From: Candidatus Iainarchaeum sp.
GTDB taxonomy: Archaea; Iainarchaeota; Iainarchaeia; Iainarchaeales; DTGL01
Reading direction: 5' to 3'
Assembly (NCBI GenBank): GCA_038895395.1
Contig: JAWANJ010000003.1
Location: 1-43,999, forward strand
Length of the DNA stretch: 43,999 bases
This document shows, piece by piece, positions 18,226 through 27,325 of this stretch. Numbering within the stretch: position 1 is the stretch's first letter; the number at the start of each line of letters is the position of its first letter. Made by a program: the position numbers and the translations under genes. A model generated the notes under the pieces. That model was not told the DNA's origin. It worked only from the letters and a program-made list of their open reading frames with translations, and did no database searches.

Positions 18226-19639
18226 AATATTCCAACGCCTTTTTTATCATTCTTGCTGAAGGCTCAGAGAAGCCACCGCGCAGATCATACATCATAGTAC
18301 CACTTGGGTTTGGTCTATACCATTCTGATAAGCTGCAGCCCTTGGTGCATTGAATATTAGTCAACCCAGACCATTCGCTACAATTACCAACACTGCAGTT
18401 CCATGCTGTTGTACCTGTTTGCATATATGGCGGAATAGGCCAGGATTTACTTTGCAGCCAACTAACTACTGAGGATGCTGAATCATTAGGATTCGAAATA
18501 TATTCATCTAATAGACCAAGTGTATGGCCTAATTCATGTACTGCGACATCCTTCCAAATTTCAGTGTATCTAGTACCGGAACTGCCAACATGAATACCAC
18601 AAAATGATACGCTTAATTTGCCCCAAAACTGAGCTGATCCACCATATTTATCTTCTCTGTGAAGGACTATTGCACGATCAAATGATGCACACCGACTGGC
18701 TTCATTTTGGCTTAAAGCCCAATTACAAACTAGTAAGCGATTGATTGTTGGATGATACGAACAACCTAAATTGCTTGTTACAAACACAGCAAAAAAATTA
18801 ATCTTGTTTTTGTTAGAGGCAAAGGGTTCAATCCCGAGGATGTGCTGTGATAATTCATTTGCCTTAGCCAAAAATTCTGTTTTGTTATTGAAATTAGAAC
18901 TAATTATGACAATATCCAAGGCTTCGTCTGATTTGGCATTTGAAACCAATTTTATACAGTCAGTTTCATAAGGCGTTAGAGTTGCAACTGGCGAATTGGC
19001 TGTTGTAGCAGTGGGTACTTGTGGTGGCGTCTCTTCAGGAGAAAAGCCCGGCGAAGGACTTAACGTTGTAGTTGGTCCAGTTGGCCAAGTAGGTGGTATT
19101 GTTGGAGTTATTGTAGTGGTTTCGCCTGGTGTTGCTAATACAACTGTTTCTTTTGGTGTTTTAATCGCAATTGGTTTTTGGTATGTGCCAATGCATACCC
19201 TCAACTTTGCAAGGCAACTTTTGCCTGATTCTTGTGGCATGTTTGTGTAAAATATTAAATGAGTTTCGCAATTGTCGTTATCACCCGTTTCAAAATAACC
19301 ATAATTACAATCATAATTTGCAATTCTTTCAATCGAGTAACCCTTAGCCTCCTTTGGAATACATTTGTTCAGATCCGATATAATTATTTCAGTAATGCCT
19401 TTTTCATATGCTTTCAGACAGTTTTCAATCTGGTTTTTTAGAGTAGTGTAATAACGCATCTTGTATATTTGATCAGTCATCCCACTTTGTATTATTGCAC
19501 CCTGATAATTAAAGTAAATAAGCATCAATACAACTGAAACCACGAGCACAACCAAGAAAAAAGCAGTCATTAACTCATGCATACCTCTTTTACCATGTGT
19601 CACAGAATTTCCAATGATTTTTTTTACCATTTGCACCAA
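18212..19639 (-). CDS. Class III signal (pilin-like) protein fused to an M64-like zinc metallopeptidase
   Basis: N-terminal KRG|MHELM followed by a hydrophobic helix and a Thr/Pro linker. LDIVII, EPFASNKNKINFF and HELGHTLGLLDEY resemble M64 peptidases. Confidence 0.78.
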   Translation of the reverse strand: MVQMVKKIIGNSVTHGKRGMHELMTAFFLVVLVVSVVLMLIYFNYQGAIIQSGMTDQIYKMRYYTTLKNQIENCLKAYEKGITEIIISDLNKCIPKEAKGYSIERIANYDCNYGYFETGDNDNCETHLIFYTNMPQESGKSCLAKLRVCIGTYQKPIAIKTPKETVVLATPGETTTITPTIPPTWPTGPTTTLSPSPGFSPEETPPQVPTATTANSPVATLTPYETDCIKLVSNAKSDEALDIVIISSNFNNKTEFLAKANELSQHILGIEPFASNKNKINFFAVFVTSNLGCSYHPTINRLLVCNWALSQNEASRCASFDRAIVLHREDKYGGSAQFWGKLSVSFCGIHVGSSGTRYTEIWKDVAVHELGHTLGLLDEYISNPNDSASSVVSWLQSKSWPIPPYMQTGTTAWNCSVGNCSEWSGLTNIQCTKGCSLSEWYRPNPSGTMMYDLRGGFSEPSARMIKKALEYFAGG

Positions 19640-19690
19640 AAATAAAAAGTCAATTGTATTTAAATTATTTTTTGTTTGTTGTGCAATAAT

Positions 19691-20380
19691 TTATGCTTTT
19701 CCTTCAACCTCTTTTTTCATCTGTCTAAAAAATTCTCTCATTATCTTCATGCGGCCTTTTGCGATCTTCTTTGCTTTCTCTGTGTAAAGAACTTTAGGTA
19801 TGTGCTTCAATTTTAGTTCATACTCGATGTTTGGTGCATGCTTGCTTATGTCCTTTATGCGACCAGTTTCTGGAACTACATTTTCTTTAATATACTCTTT
19901 CAAATCTCTTTCAACATAAAGCTTCTGACCATACCTGCCACCGAGAGCAAAACATCTTGCAATCCCCACTGCGCCAAGGACATCTATTTTGTCAGCATCA
20001 TAGAGAATTTTCGCCTCTTTTGTTTTCGGTTTGATAGTGCCTCTTAGCCTGTGAGATTCAATGCAGTGCGCTATTTTTTCTATTTTATCTTTGTCATAAC
20101 CGCTTTTAGCAAGTATTTGCCTTGCCATTTTTGCACCCAATATGGCGTGATCCACTTTGCCTGTTTTGTCACTATCTTCTTTTACCCTTGCAACATCGTG
20201 CAAGATTGCTGCACTTTTCAATACATCTAGATCAACGTCTTCGTCTCCATTTGCAATTAACATGCAGAGTTTGTAAACCCGCTTTACATGTTCTATATTA
20301 TGGGCCGAACATGCAAGCTCTTTTTCAACTCTTTTTAGAAGTCTAGCGTACTTAGGTTCCATTAAAAAATCTTTGCTCAT
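19691..20380 (-). CDS. HD-domain metal-dependent phosphohydrolase
   Basis: AHNIEHVKRV, AILHDVAR, DHAILGA and YDADKID motifs. Confidence 0.92.
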   Translation of the reverse strand: MSKDFLMEPKYARLLKRVEKELACSAHNIEHVKRVYKLCMLIANGDEDVDLDVLKSAAILHDVARVKEDSDKTGKVDHAILGAKMARQILAKSGYDKDKIEKIAHCIESHRLRGTIKPKTKEAKILYDADKIDVLGAVGIARCFALGGRYGQKLYVERDLKEYIKENVVPETGRIKDISKHAPNIEYELKLKHIPKVLYTEKAKKIAKGRMKIMREFFRQMKKEVEGKA

Positions 20381-20450
20381 TGAAAGCCCCCTATAATAAA
20401 TTAAATATGATTATTTAAGAAAATTTTAAGACAGGTTTTTAAGACAAGTT

Positions 20451-21575
20451 TTATATGTATTTTTGCAGTGTATCGATTGTTTGTTCAATCTCTTTTATGG
20501 CATAGCTTACAGCCTTGTGTTTTACTTGGAGCTTTGAAAGTTCATTTCTCTGTTTTGTAAGGCTGCTCAAAATATCAACTAGTATATCCCTGCTTGGAAG
20601 CTGTTTTCCATGTTTTGTGAGCCAAACCCTGATACCTTTTGATGCAAAACCAATGATGAAGGTTCCAACATAAAAGGATACCTCCATTTGTTCTGCTTTC
20701 GTAAGTCTGTCACTCATCTGTTTCAAAATTTTTTGTGCATCTTCAACTGCATGTTCAAGTAAACTTTTATCTTGCAATATTCTCTGAATTTCTTTGCGTC
20801 CCTTCAAAGTAAGGCCTTCTTTGACCGTAGATGTTTCAAGGGTTTTTGGTTTTACTATACCAGCAAGCGTAGTTAATGCAAATATGCTTGGACAGTGAGA
20901 AAGAACCTCAATACCAAATATCTTTGCATCAAGGTCTTTACTCTCAATAAATCTATTTCTAATAAACTCGGGAAAAGTGGCAGACATTGTTTGTGACAGC
21001 CACCTTATCATTTCGTTTCTCACTGGCCTTTCAGGTGGATGCCTTTCGAACAACTCAATTATAATTCGCCTGTATTCTAAGGGATAAATATGAACTAGTG
21101 TTCTTATTATTTCGATTTTCTCAGCAGCTGGTGTTGTTTTGTTAGTATACCTATTTATGAGAGAGTCGCCTACGTAACCTCTAACCGCATCTATATTTAG
21201 CCTTTCTTTTATTGAAAATTTTGCCATTACTTCTGGTTTTGGAAGTAAGATTGTCCTCATGTTAGCAAGTATGTTTCTCCTCTTTATACTAGTTGCAGCT
21301 TTTTCAAAACGTTCTGTCAACACTAGCATCTTGTTTAAGGCCCTATACATCTCCCTTCTAAAAGAAGCAGAGCCACCACGACTAAAAACTTTTTTGCTCC
21401 AAGATTTTTGTTTTTCAATCCAGCGCTGTCTTTCAAGATCTGAGATAATCTCCCGCCTTTCCTTTTTGTCTACTATGCCATACCTGCTTTCAAGGGTCTT
21501 GGCCATCCATCTTAAATGTGCTATTGTTGCTTTGTCAACTCTTAACCTTTGGCTTGGTTTTCTTGGATTGGGCAT
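20451..21575 (-). CDS. Hypothetical basic, helical protein
   Basis: 374-aa ORF with no recognised motif and an Arg/Lys-rich N-terminus. Confidence 0.65.
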   Translation of the reverse strand: MPNPRKPSQRLRVDKATIAHLRWMAKTLESRYGIVDKKERREIISDLERQRWIEKQKSWSKKVFSRGGSASFRREMYRALNKMLVLTERFEKAATSIKRRNILANMRTILLPKPEVMAKFSIKERLNIDAVRGYVGDSLINRYTNKTTPAAEKIEIIRTLVHIYPLEYRRIIIELFERHPPERPVRNEMIRWLSQTMSATFPEFIRNRFIESKDLDAKIFGIEVLSHCPSIFALTTLAGIVKPKTLETSTVKEGLTLKGRKEIQRILQDKSLLEHAVEDAQKILKQMSDRLTKAEQMEVSFYVGTFIIGFASKGIRVWLTKHGKQLPSRDILVDILSSLTKQRNELSKLQVKHKAVSYAIKEIEQTIDTLQKYI

Positions 21576-21605
21576 ATCAGAATTACCAATTAGTTATTTA
21601 TATTT

Positions 21606-22526
21606 CTATTTTTCAATTTTTGAAATCTTTTTGATAGCAAAACTTAAAGGTTGTGCTATGCTAACTACTTTTAGCTTTTTTAGACGCTTTTTGTTCAAAT
21701 CTTGGGAAATGGTGTTTGTAACAACTACCTCTTTTATTGGAGCAGCATTTAACCTTTTGATTGCTTCTCCAGCAAATATGCCATGTGTGGCTGCCACATA
21801 AACATTTCTCGCACCATTTCTTTTTAGCAGCTTTGCACCTTCACATATTGTTCCTGCAGTACTAATTATATCATCTAATATGATACAATCAAAATCTTTT
21901 ACTTTGCCATGAATCTGCGCTGTTTTTACTTCAGTTGCGCTTATTCTAGTTTTTTCTATCCACGCCGTTTTTGCCCCGAGTAGTTTTGCAAATCTCCTTG
22001 CATTTTTTAATGCGCCTTTGTCTGGTGCCACTACACAAAGGTTCTTTATTTTTTTTCTCCTGAAAAAATCCACCAAAACTGTATAAGCATGTAGGTGAAT
22101 TTTTTGCATCTTCAAAGCCTTTTCCACAGCTTTTGAATGCAAGTCAACTGTTATTATTGAATTTGCGCCAGCTGCTTTGAGCATTTTGGCCACAAGGGCA
22201 GCAGTTACTGGCTCTCCAGGTTTTGATTGTCTGTCTTGTCGTGCATAACCATAATAAGGAACTACAACTGTTATTTTGGATGCACCAGAATGCTTTGCTG
22301 CATCAACTACAACAAGAAGTTCCATAAGATTTTCATTTCCAGGCTTGCAGGTAGACTGCAATATGCAAACATGCTTGCCTTCAACGCACTCTTCAAATCT
22401 ACAGTAAGTTTCATCATCTGGGAATCTTGATATTTGTAATTTCCCAAGCTTCAATCCAAGCAATCTTGCCACTTCTTTTGCAAGTGCTAGGTTGCTAGTT
22501 CCAGAAAAAAGAGCAACACAATTCAT
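21606..22526 (-). CDS. prs: Ribose-phosphate pyrophosphokinase
   Basis: FPDDE, PYYGYARQDR, VDLHS, VAPDKGA, DDIISTAGT and ATHG motifs. Confidence 0.96.
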   Translation of the reverse strand: MNCVALFSGTSNLALAKEVARLLGLKLGKLQISRFPDDETYCRFEECVEGKHVCILQSTCKPGNENLMELLVVVDAAKHSGASKITVVVPYYGYARQDRQSKPGEPVTAALVAKMLKAAGANSIITVDLHSKAVEKALKMQKIHLHAYTVLVDFFRRKKIKNLCVVAPDKGALKNARRFAKLLGAKTAWIEKTRISATEVKTAQIHGKVKDFDCIILDDIISTAGTICEGAKLLKRNGARNVYVAATHGIFAGEAIKRLNAAPIKEVVVTNTISQDLNKKRLKKLKVVSIAQPLSFAIKKISKIEK

Positions 22527-22661
22527 AAAATTTCACCTTTAGTAATTAGTAACATTGAGCCTTTAAGTTAATTTAATATTTTCGCTATATTTTTAATCTT
22601 AAGACTATAACATTATCTTTTAATAACTTTTCATAAATGTGTGTTTAGGGGGGCAATAGAT

Positions 22662-23933
22662 ATGATTGAAAGTGTTAGAGCTATCCAAATCTTAGATAGT
22701 AGGGGCAATCCTACAATTGAATGTGAAATAAAATGTAGTAAGGGCGTTGAAAGGGCCTCAGTTCCAAGTGGTGCATCCACTGGTAGTTTTGAGGCCATTG
22801 AGCTTAGAGACAATGAAAAGGCTTATCGCGGCAAGGGTGTATTAAAGGCTGTAGATAACATAAACAAGATAATTGCCCCAAAACTTGTAAAGAAGGATCC
22901 CACAAAGCAACGCGAGCTTGATGAACTGCTGATAAAGCTAGATGGTACTCCAAACAAATCAAAGCTTGGTGCAAATGCAATTACTGCAGTTTCACTTGCA
23001 ATTGCAAGAGCCGGCTCACTGGAAAAAGGTCTGCAACTTTTTGATTACATTGCTGAGCTTAGTGGTGCCAAGAGCATGTATTTGCCAGTGCCACAATTTA
23101 ACATAATAAATGGTGGAAAGCACGCAGGAATGAAAAATGATCCACAAGAGCACATGATAATGCCAATAAAATTTAACAAATATTCCGAAGCTCTTCAAGC
23201 CGGTTGTGAAATATACTACATTCTGAGGGATATGCTCAAGCAAAAGTTTGGCCCCAGAGCAACACTTTTAGCTGATGAAGGTGGTTTTGCTCCACCCATT
23301 GAGACAGTATATGAGAGACTTGAACTTATTGACAAAGCAATTAATGAAGCAGGTTATAATGACAAGGTTTACATGGCGTTAGATCCAGCAGCTTCAGAGT
23401 TTTTCTACAAAGGCACTTACGTTATTGGTGACTCAGAAAAGAATTCAGGTGAAATGATTGATTTCTATTCTGAACTAACGCAGAGTTTTAAAATATTTTC
23501 AATTGAAGATGGGCTTGCCGAGGAAGATTGGGATGGCTGGGTAGAATTTACCAAAAAACTTGGAAATAAAATTCAAATAGTTGGCGACGATTTGCTTGTT
23601 ACAAATGTTGAGCGTATAAAGAAAGCACTTGAGCTAAAAGCATGTAATGCTTTGCTTCTTAAGGTAAACCAAATAGGGACGCTTTCAGAGGCCATAGACG
23701 CAGCTAAGCTTGCAATGGAAAATAGTTGGGAAGTTGTAGTTTCGCATAGAAGCGGTGAAACCTGTGATCCATTTATTGCAAGTTTAGTGGTTGGCCTTGG
23801 TGCAAAGCAATGCAAATTTGGAGCACCAGCCAGAGCAGAACGCACCGCAAAATACAACAACCTTTTGCGCATTGAAGAGATCATGGAAGAGCGAGGAATT
23901 GCAAGATACGCTGGAAAGTATCTTAAGGTATGA
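22662..23933 (+). CDS. eno: Enolase
   Basis: ILDSRGNPT, VPSGASTG, DEGGFAP, LLKVNQIG and SHRSGET. The likely start is ATG 22662 (ORF track gives 22641). Confidence 0.98.
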   Translation: MIESVRAIQILDSRGNPTIECEIKCSKGVERASVPSGASTGSFEAIELRDNEKAYRGKGVLKAVDNINKIIAPKLVKKDPTKQRELDELLIKLDGTPNKSKLGANAITAVSLAIARAGSLEKGLQLFDYIAELSGAKSMYLPVPQFNIINGGKHAGMKNDPQEHMIMPIKFNKYSEALQAGCEIYYILRDMLKQKFGPRATLLADEGGFAPPIETVYERLELIDKAINEAGYNDKVYMALDPAASEFFYKGTYVIGDSEKNSGEMIDFYSELTQSFKIFSIEDGLAEEDWDGWVEFTKKLGNKIQIVGDDLLVTNVERIKKALELKACNALLLKVNQIGTLSEAIDAAKLAMENSWEVVVSHRSGETCDPFIASLVVGLGAKQCKFGAPARAERTAKYNNLLRIEEIMEERGIARYAGKYLKV

Positions 23934-23936
23934 TTT

Positions 23937-24398
23937 TTGGTGCCGGTGCAGCAACTAAACGAGGACTTTAATGGCATCTATGTTTTGCTTTTTTCAGTAA
24001 ATAAAAACATCAGTATAAAAATTGGTTCACTGGGAAAAATCTTTTTTTTAAAAGGCATTTATGCATACATTGGTTCTGCTCAATCAGGTGTTAAAAAACG
24101 TGTTGCTAGGCATCTATCAAAAAAGAAAAAAAAGTTTTGGCACATAGACTACCTACTTGATTCAAAATTTGTAAAAATAATTGAAGTATTCTATCTAAAT
24201 GCACCAAAACCAAAAGAGTGTAAGGTTGCATCATTGCTTTGCAGAAAATACTCGTTTATAGGGTATTTTGGTTGTTCGGATTGTTCATGCAAATCGCACC
24301 TTATCTTTTTAAGAGATGCAAAAACTTACAGTCTAAGGGATAGTTTAAACAAACTCGGCTTTTTGAGGTTGAATTTAAAAAAGACCAAAAAACGTTAG
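23937..24398 (+). CDS. GIY-YIG (DUF123/Uri-type) nuclease family protein
   Basis: GIYVLL, GIYAYIGSA, RVARH, WHIDYL and FGCSDCSCKSHL motifs. Confidence 0.88.
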   Translation: MVPVQQLNEDFNGIYVLLFSVNKNISIKIGSLGKIFFLKGIYAYIGSAQSGVKKRVARHLSKKKKKFWHIDYLLDSKFVKIIEVFYLNAPKPKECKVASLLCRKYSFIGYFGCSDCSCKSHLIFLRDAKTYSLRDSLNKLGFLRLNLKKTKKR

Positions 24399-24436
24399 TT
24401 AAATAAATATTTCGCATATTTTTGTATTCGATAATT

Positions 24437-24574
24437 ATGGATGAAACCTCCTCCTGGTATGAAAAAAGAAAGGGCAAGATAAGGGCTGACCTTAGGTTTG
24501 AAGAATGGATCAAAGATGACTTTGAGGAAGAGCTACAGGAATTGCCAGAATGTAGCATTGGGGAAGCAGCATAA
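24437..24574 (+). CDS. Small acidic hypothetical protein (45 aa)
   Basis: Below the ORF-track length cutoff. It reads MDETSSWYEKRKGKIRADLRFEEWIKDDFEEELQELPECSIGEAA* and fills the intergenic gap. Confidence 0.5.
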   Translation: MDETSSWYEKRKGKIRADLRFEEWIKDDFEEELQELPECSIGEAA

Positions 24575-24649
24575 TTTAAAAAATCGAAAAAATAAAAATT
24601 CACGCTTCTTTATGTATTCTATGTTTTGAATCTTATTATTCCACCTGTT

Positions 24650-25996
24650 TTACTTTTTACCATAAAGTTTGCTTATTATATACTCTGCAACATGGGGTTT
24701 GTAACCCATTTCAAGCATTACCTTTCTTAGCTGTTCTGGGGTGTATTTTGACTTTGTTGGTTCAAGAGCGGAAAGTGCTCTTTCAATTGTCTTAAGATCT
24801 GATTCAGTTAGTTCCTCCCCGCCAGCTTCAGTTGGTTTTAAAGTTTGGGTTTGTTGTGCTGTGCCCACTTCTTTTACATCTGATGCTTGCTTTTCAGGAA
24901 CAGGCACATAAGGTTTGGTTTCAATATGAACTTCTTCTTCCTTTGGTAATGGTTTGAGAGCAGGACTTACCGGCTCAACATCTGCAAATAATTCTTTTTT
25001 GTACTCATCCGTCTTTCTAATCCATGTTACTGGTTCAGGCTTTGATCTTTTTAATGTGCTTTCACCTTCCTTTGAAGCTCTTATCTTTGCCCTAACAGCT
25101 AAAAAAACTACTAAAATAAATATGAGTGATAAAATAACCAATAATATCCAAAAGAGATTCATTGGACTAATAGGGATCTCACCACCCAAAATTGTAACAG
25201 AATTTTTGTCAAAAGCACTGGGGCCTGTTGGCGATGGAGAAACTCTGGCTACAGCAGTTTTTGTAGGTGTAGTCGCTGTAGTATCAAGCACATATGTTAT
25301 GGTAATCTCAGGATAGCTGATTTTGTTTGGGTTTTCTATTACATAATAGTTTCCATCTTTGCTGCTAGCAAGTGGCGATATTGATATTATTTTGCCCTCA
25401 ACTAATATCTTCATGGCTTTTACTGGCTCTTTTGGTCTCATTATTCTGGAAACAATCTTATTGTCTTTTTTTTCAGTTTTAACAAAAAATTCTTTGGTAC
25501 CCATTGAGCTGAGCGCATCATTTATTATTTTTAAGTCATTTTCAGTCCATTTGGCAAAATAATTGATATCAAAGTTGTTATTGTCCTTGCAAACAAATTT
25601 ACATTCGATTTTAGACATCATTACTTTGTAGGATTCGATTAGCTTTCTTACAGCTTCTTTACTGTCTTCATTAACATCCGGTAGCTGAACTAGTGTTTCC
25701 ATAACACCAATATAGCCATTTAAGATCTTCCTATACTCTGTGGTACAGTCTCTGTTCCAAGCTTCAATTAAATTTGTAATATCCTGGTCATTTGTATCAA
25801 AGGTGATTTTTCCATACTGTGCTGTTTTTGTTATTAAACTACCATCTGCCATAAATTCGTATACTTGTTCATATGAACCACTTGCGGTAAATGGTGTTTG
25901 AGAAAAAGTGAATTGTAACAAAAACATTAACAACAATAAGTAGCAAGTAACAACGCAAAAAACTCGTGACTTTCGTGACTTAATACCAAGCATCAT
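24650..25996 (-). CDS. Single-pass membrane hypothetical protein
   Basis: Signal peptide, a Thr/Pro linker, a TM helix and a cytoplasmic tail ending YTPEQLRKVMLEMGYKPHVAEYII. Confidence 0.72.
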   Translation of the reverse strand: MMLGIKSRKSRVFCVVTCYLLLLMFLLQFTFSQTPFTASGSYEQVYEFMADGSLITKTAQYGKITFDTNDQDITNLIEAWNRDCTTEYRKILNGYIGVMETLVQLPDVNEDSKEAVRKLIESYKVMMSKIECKFVCKDNNNFDINYFAKWTENDLKIINDALSSMGTKEFFVKTEKKDNKIVSRIMRPKEPVKAMKILVEGKIISISPLASSKDGNYYVIENPNKISYPEITITYVLDTTATTPTKTAVARVSPSPTGPSAFDKNSVTILGGEIPISPMNLFWILLVILSLIFILVVFLAVRAKIRASKEGESTLKRSKPEPVTWIRKTDEYKKELFADVEPVSPALKPLPKEEEVHIETKPYVPVPEKQASDVKEVGTAQQTQTLKPTEAGGEELTESDLKTIERALSALEPTKSKYTPEQLRKVMLEMGYKPHVAEYIISKLYGKK

Positions 25997-26399
25997 CCAA
26001 ATACCTTATTCTAATTTTTTGTTGTTATAACCAATTTTATTAGTTCTTATGAGCTTCATATAAAACAATCTTTACCTATATAAAAATTTATCTTTTTTAA
26101 CAAAATTTTTGTCTTTTGGTGGCAAAGGTTCATCTTTATTTTTCATTTTTCTTTATAATAAATTTTAACTATAAGCAATACTATCCTCGAAAAAATTATC
26201 CCTAAAAATAAAACAATAGATTTAAAAAAACATAAACGTTATTATAATCAATGTCTTTATCTCAAAAAGTGATAGCACAGCTAGTATGTTATATTAACTT
26301 TTTAACTTAGCTTTTGCTCAGCTTCCAGAGCCAACTTTTCCAACACCCAACTTTCCCGTAGGAAGCTTTCCAACACCTGATTTTAATCTCCCCGGGGGA

Positions 26400-27296
26400 A
26401 TGCCAGGTTTCCCCGGAGGAAGTATGCCAAGCTTCCCTGGTAGTGACTTTAATTTCCCAGCACCAGGCACAATGCCTGACTTAAATCTTCCAACCGGAAT
26501 CGGCGGGTTACCAGGGGCTTCAGGCGAAATTTCTTTACCAGCTATGAAAATTGATTTTGCTCTGCAAATTTTGTTGTCAGAATATAAAGCAGGAAAATCG
26601 TTAGAAGTTACTGCTAAAAACTTAAATATAAAAATAAGAAAGAATTCTGTTTTGGTTTCAGTAATTGCTGACAAAAATTTCAGTCCTCAAAAATGGGGTA
26701 TGGCCGATACTAACGAAGAAAAATCTGGACAAATGTCTTTGTATACCGGCTATGTTGCAGTTGATAAACTAGAAAAAATGAGCGAAGACAGAAGCGTAAA
26801 TTACATAATGGCTGCAAGATTGCCAAGTGAAATAGTTCATGAGGTAGTCTCAATTAAATTATCTCCAGAGCTTCTTGCAATAGTGAAATGCATAAAGCAG
26901 TTCAAAGAAAATTGCGATGTTGAACGTATCGCACGTGATAACTCTCTTGAATATAAAAATGGCTCTTTGCTTGTTTATATTACAACAAATAATAACGCTA
27001 GACCATGTGTTGAAGCAAATATAGTTGAAGAAATCCCTGATAAGGCTGATCCAAGTATAAAAACTTTTAAGGCATATGTTCCAGCTACAAAACTTGAAGA
27101 GCTCTCAAACTGCCCGGATGTTGAATTTGTCAGTGGCATTACTGTTACAGGCATAGAGTTAGGCATATGTTGCATTTTGCTTCTCATAGTGTCAGTTGCA
27201 ATTCTTTTGTATTTGGTGAGCTTTGTATACCTTAAAAAAAGGGAAAAAGATAAAATTGAAAAGATGTTGGTGATAAAACGTCAGAAACAAAATTAA
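26400..27296 (+). CDS. Membrane-anchored protein with Pro/Gly-rich N-terminus and two subtilase-propeptide-like repeats; 5' end possibly frameshifted
   Basis: The frame is open from 26298 (LFNLAFAQLPEPTFPTPNF...). The repeats end GYVAVDKLEKMSEDRSVNYI and AYVPATKLEELSNCPDVEFV, followed by a C-terminal TM and basic tail. Confidence 0.65.
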   Translation: MPGFPGGSMPSFPGSDFNFPAPGTMPDLNLPTGIGGLPGASGEISLPAMKIDFALQILLSEYKAGKSLEVTAKNLNIKIRKNSVLVSVIADKNFSPQKWGMADTNEEKSGQMSLYTGYVAVDKLEKMSEDRSVNYIMAARLPSEIVHEVVSIKLSPELLAIVKCIKQFKENCDVERIARDNSLEYKNGSLLVYITTNNNARPCVEANIVEEIPDKADPSIKTFKAYVPATKLEELSNCPDVEFVSGITVTGIELGICCILLLIVSVAILLYLVSFVYLKKREKDKIEKMLVIKRQKQN

Positions 27297-27325
27297 TTAA
27301 AAACATAAATAAAAGTTCAGTACTA

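Noticed and set aside
20424-20452. Short direct repeats (TTTTAAGACA twice here; similar short duplications near 16287 and 25963)
   Set aside because: They have only two copies each, in AT-rich sequence, so they are compatible with chance or trivial slippage.
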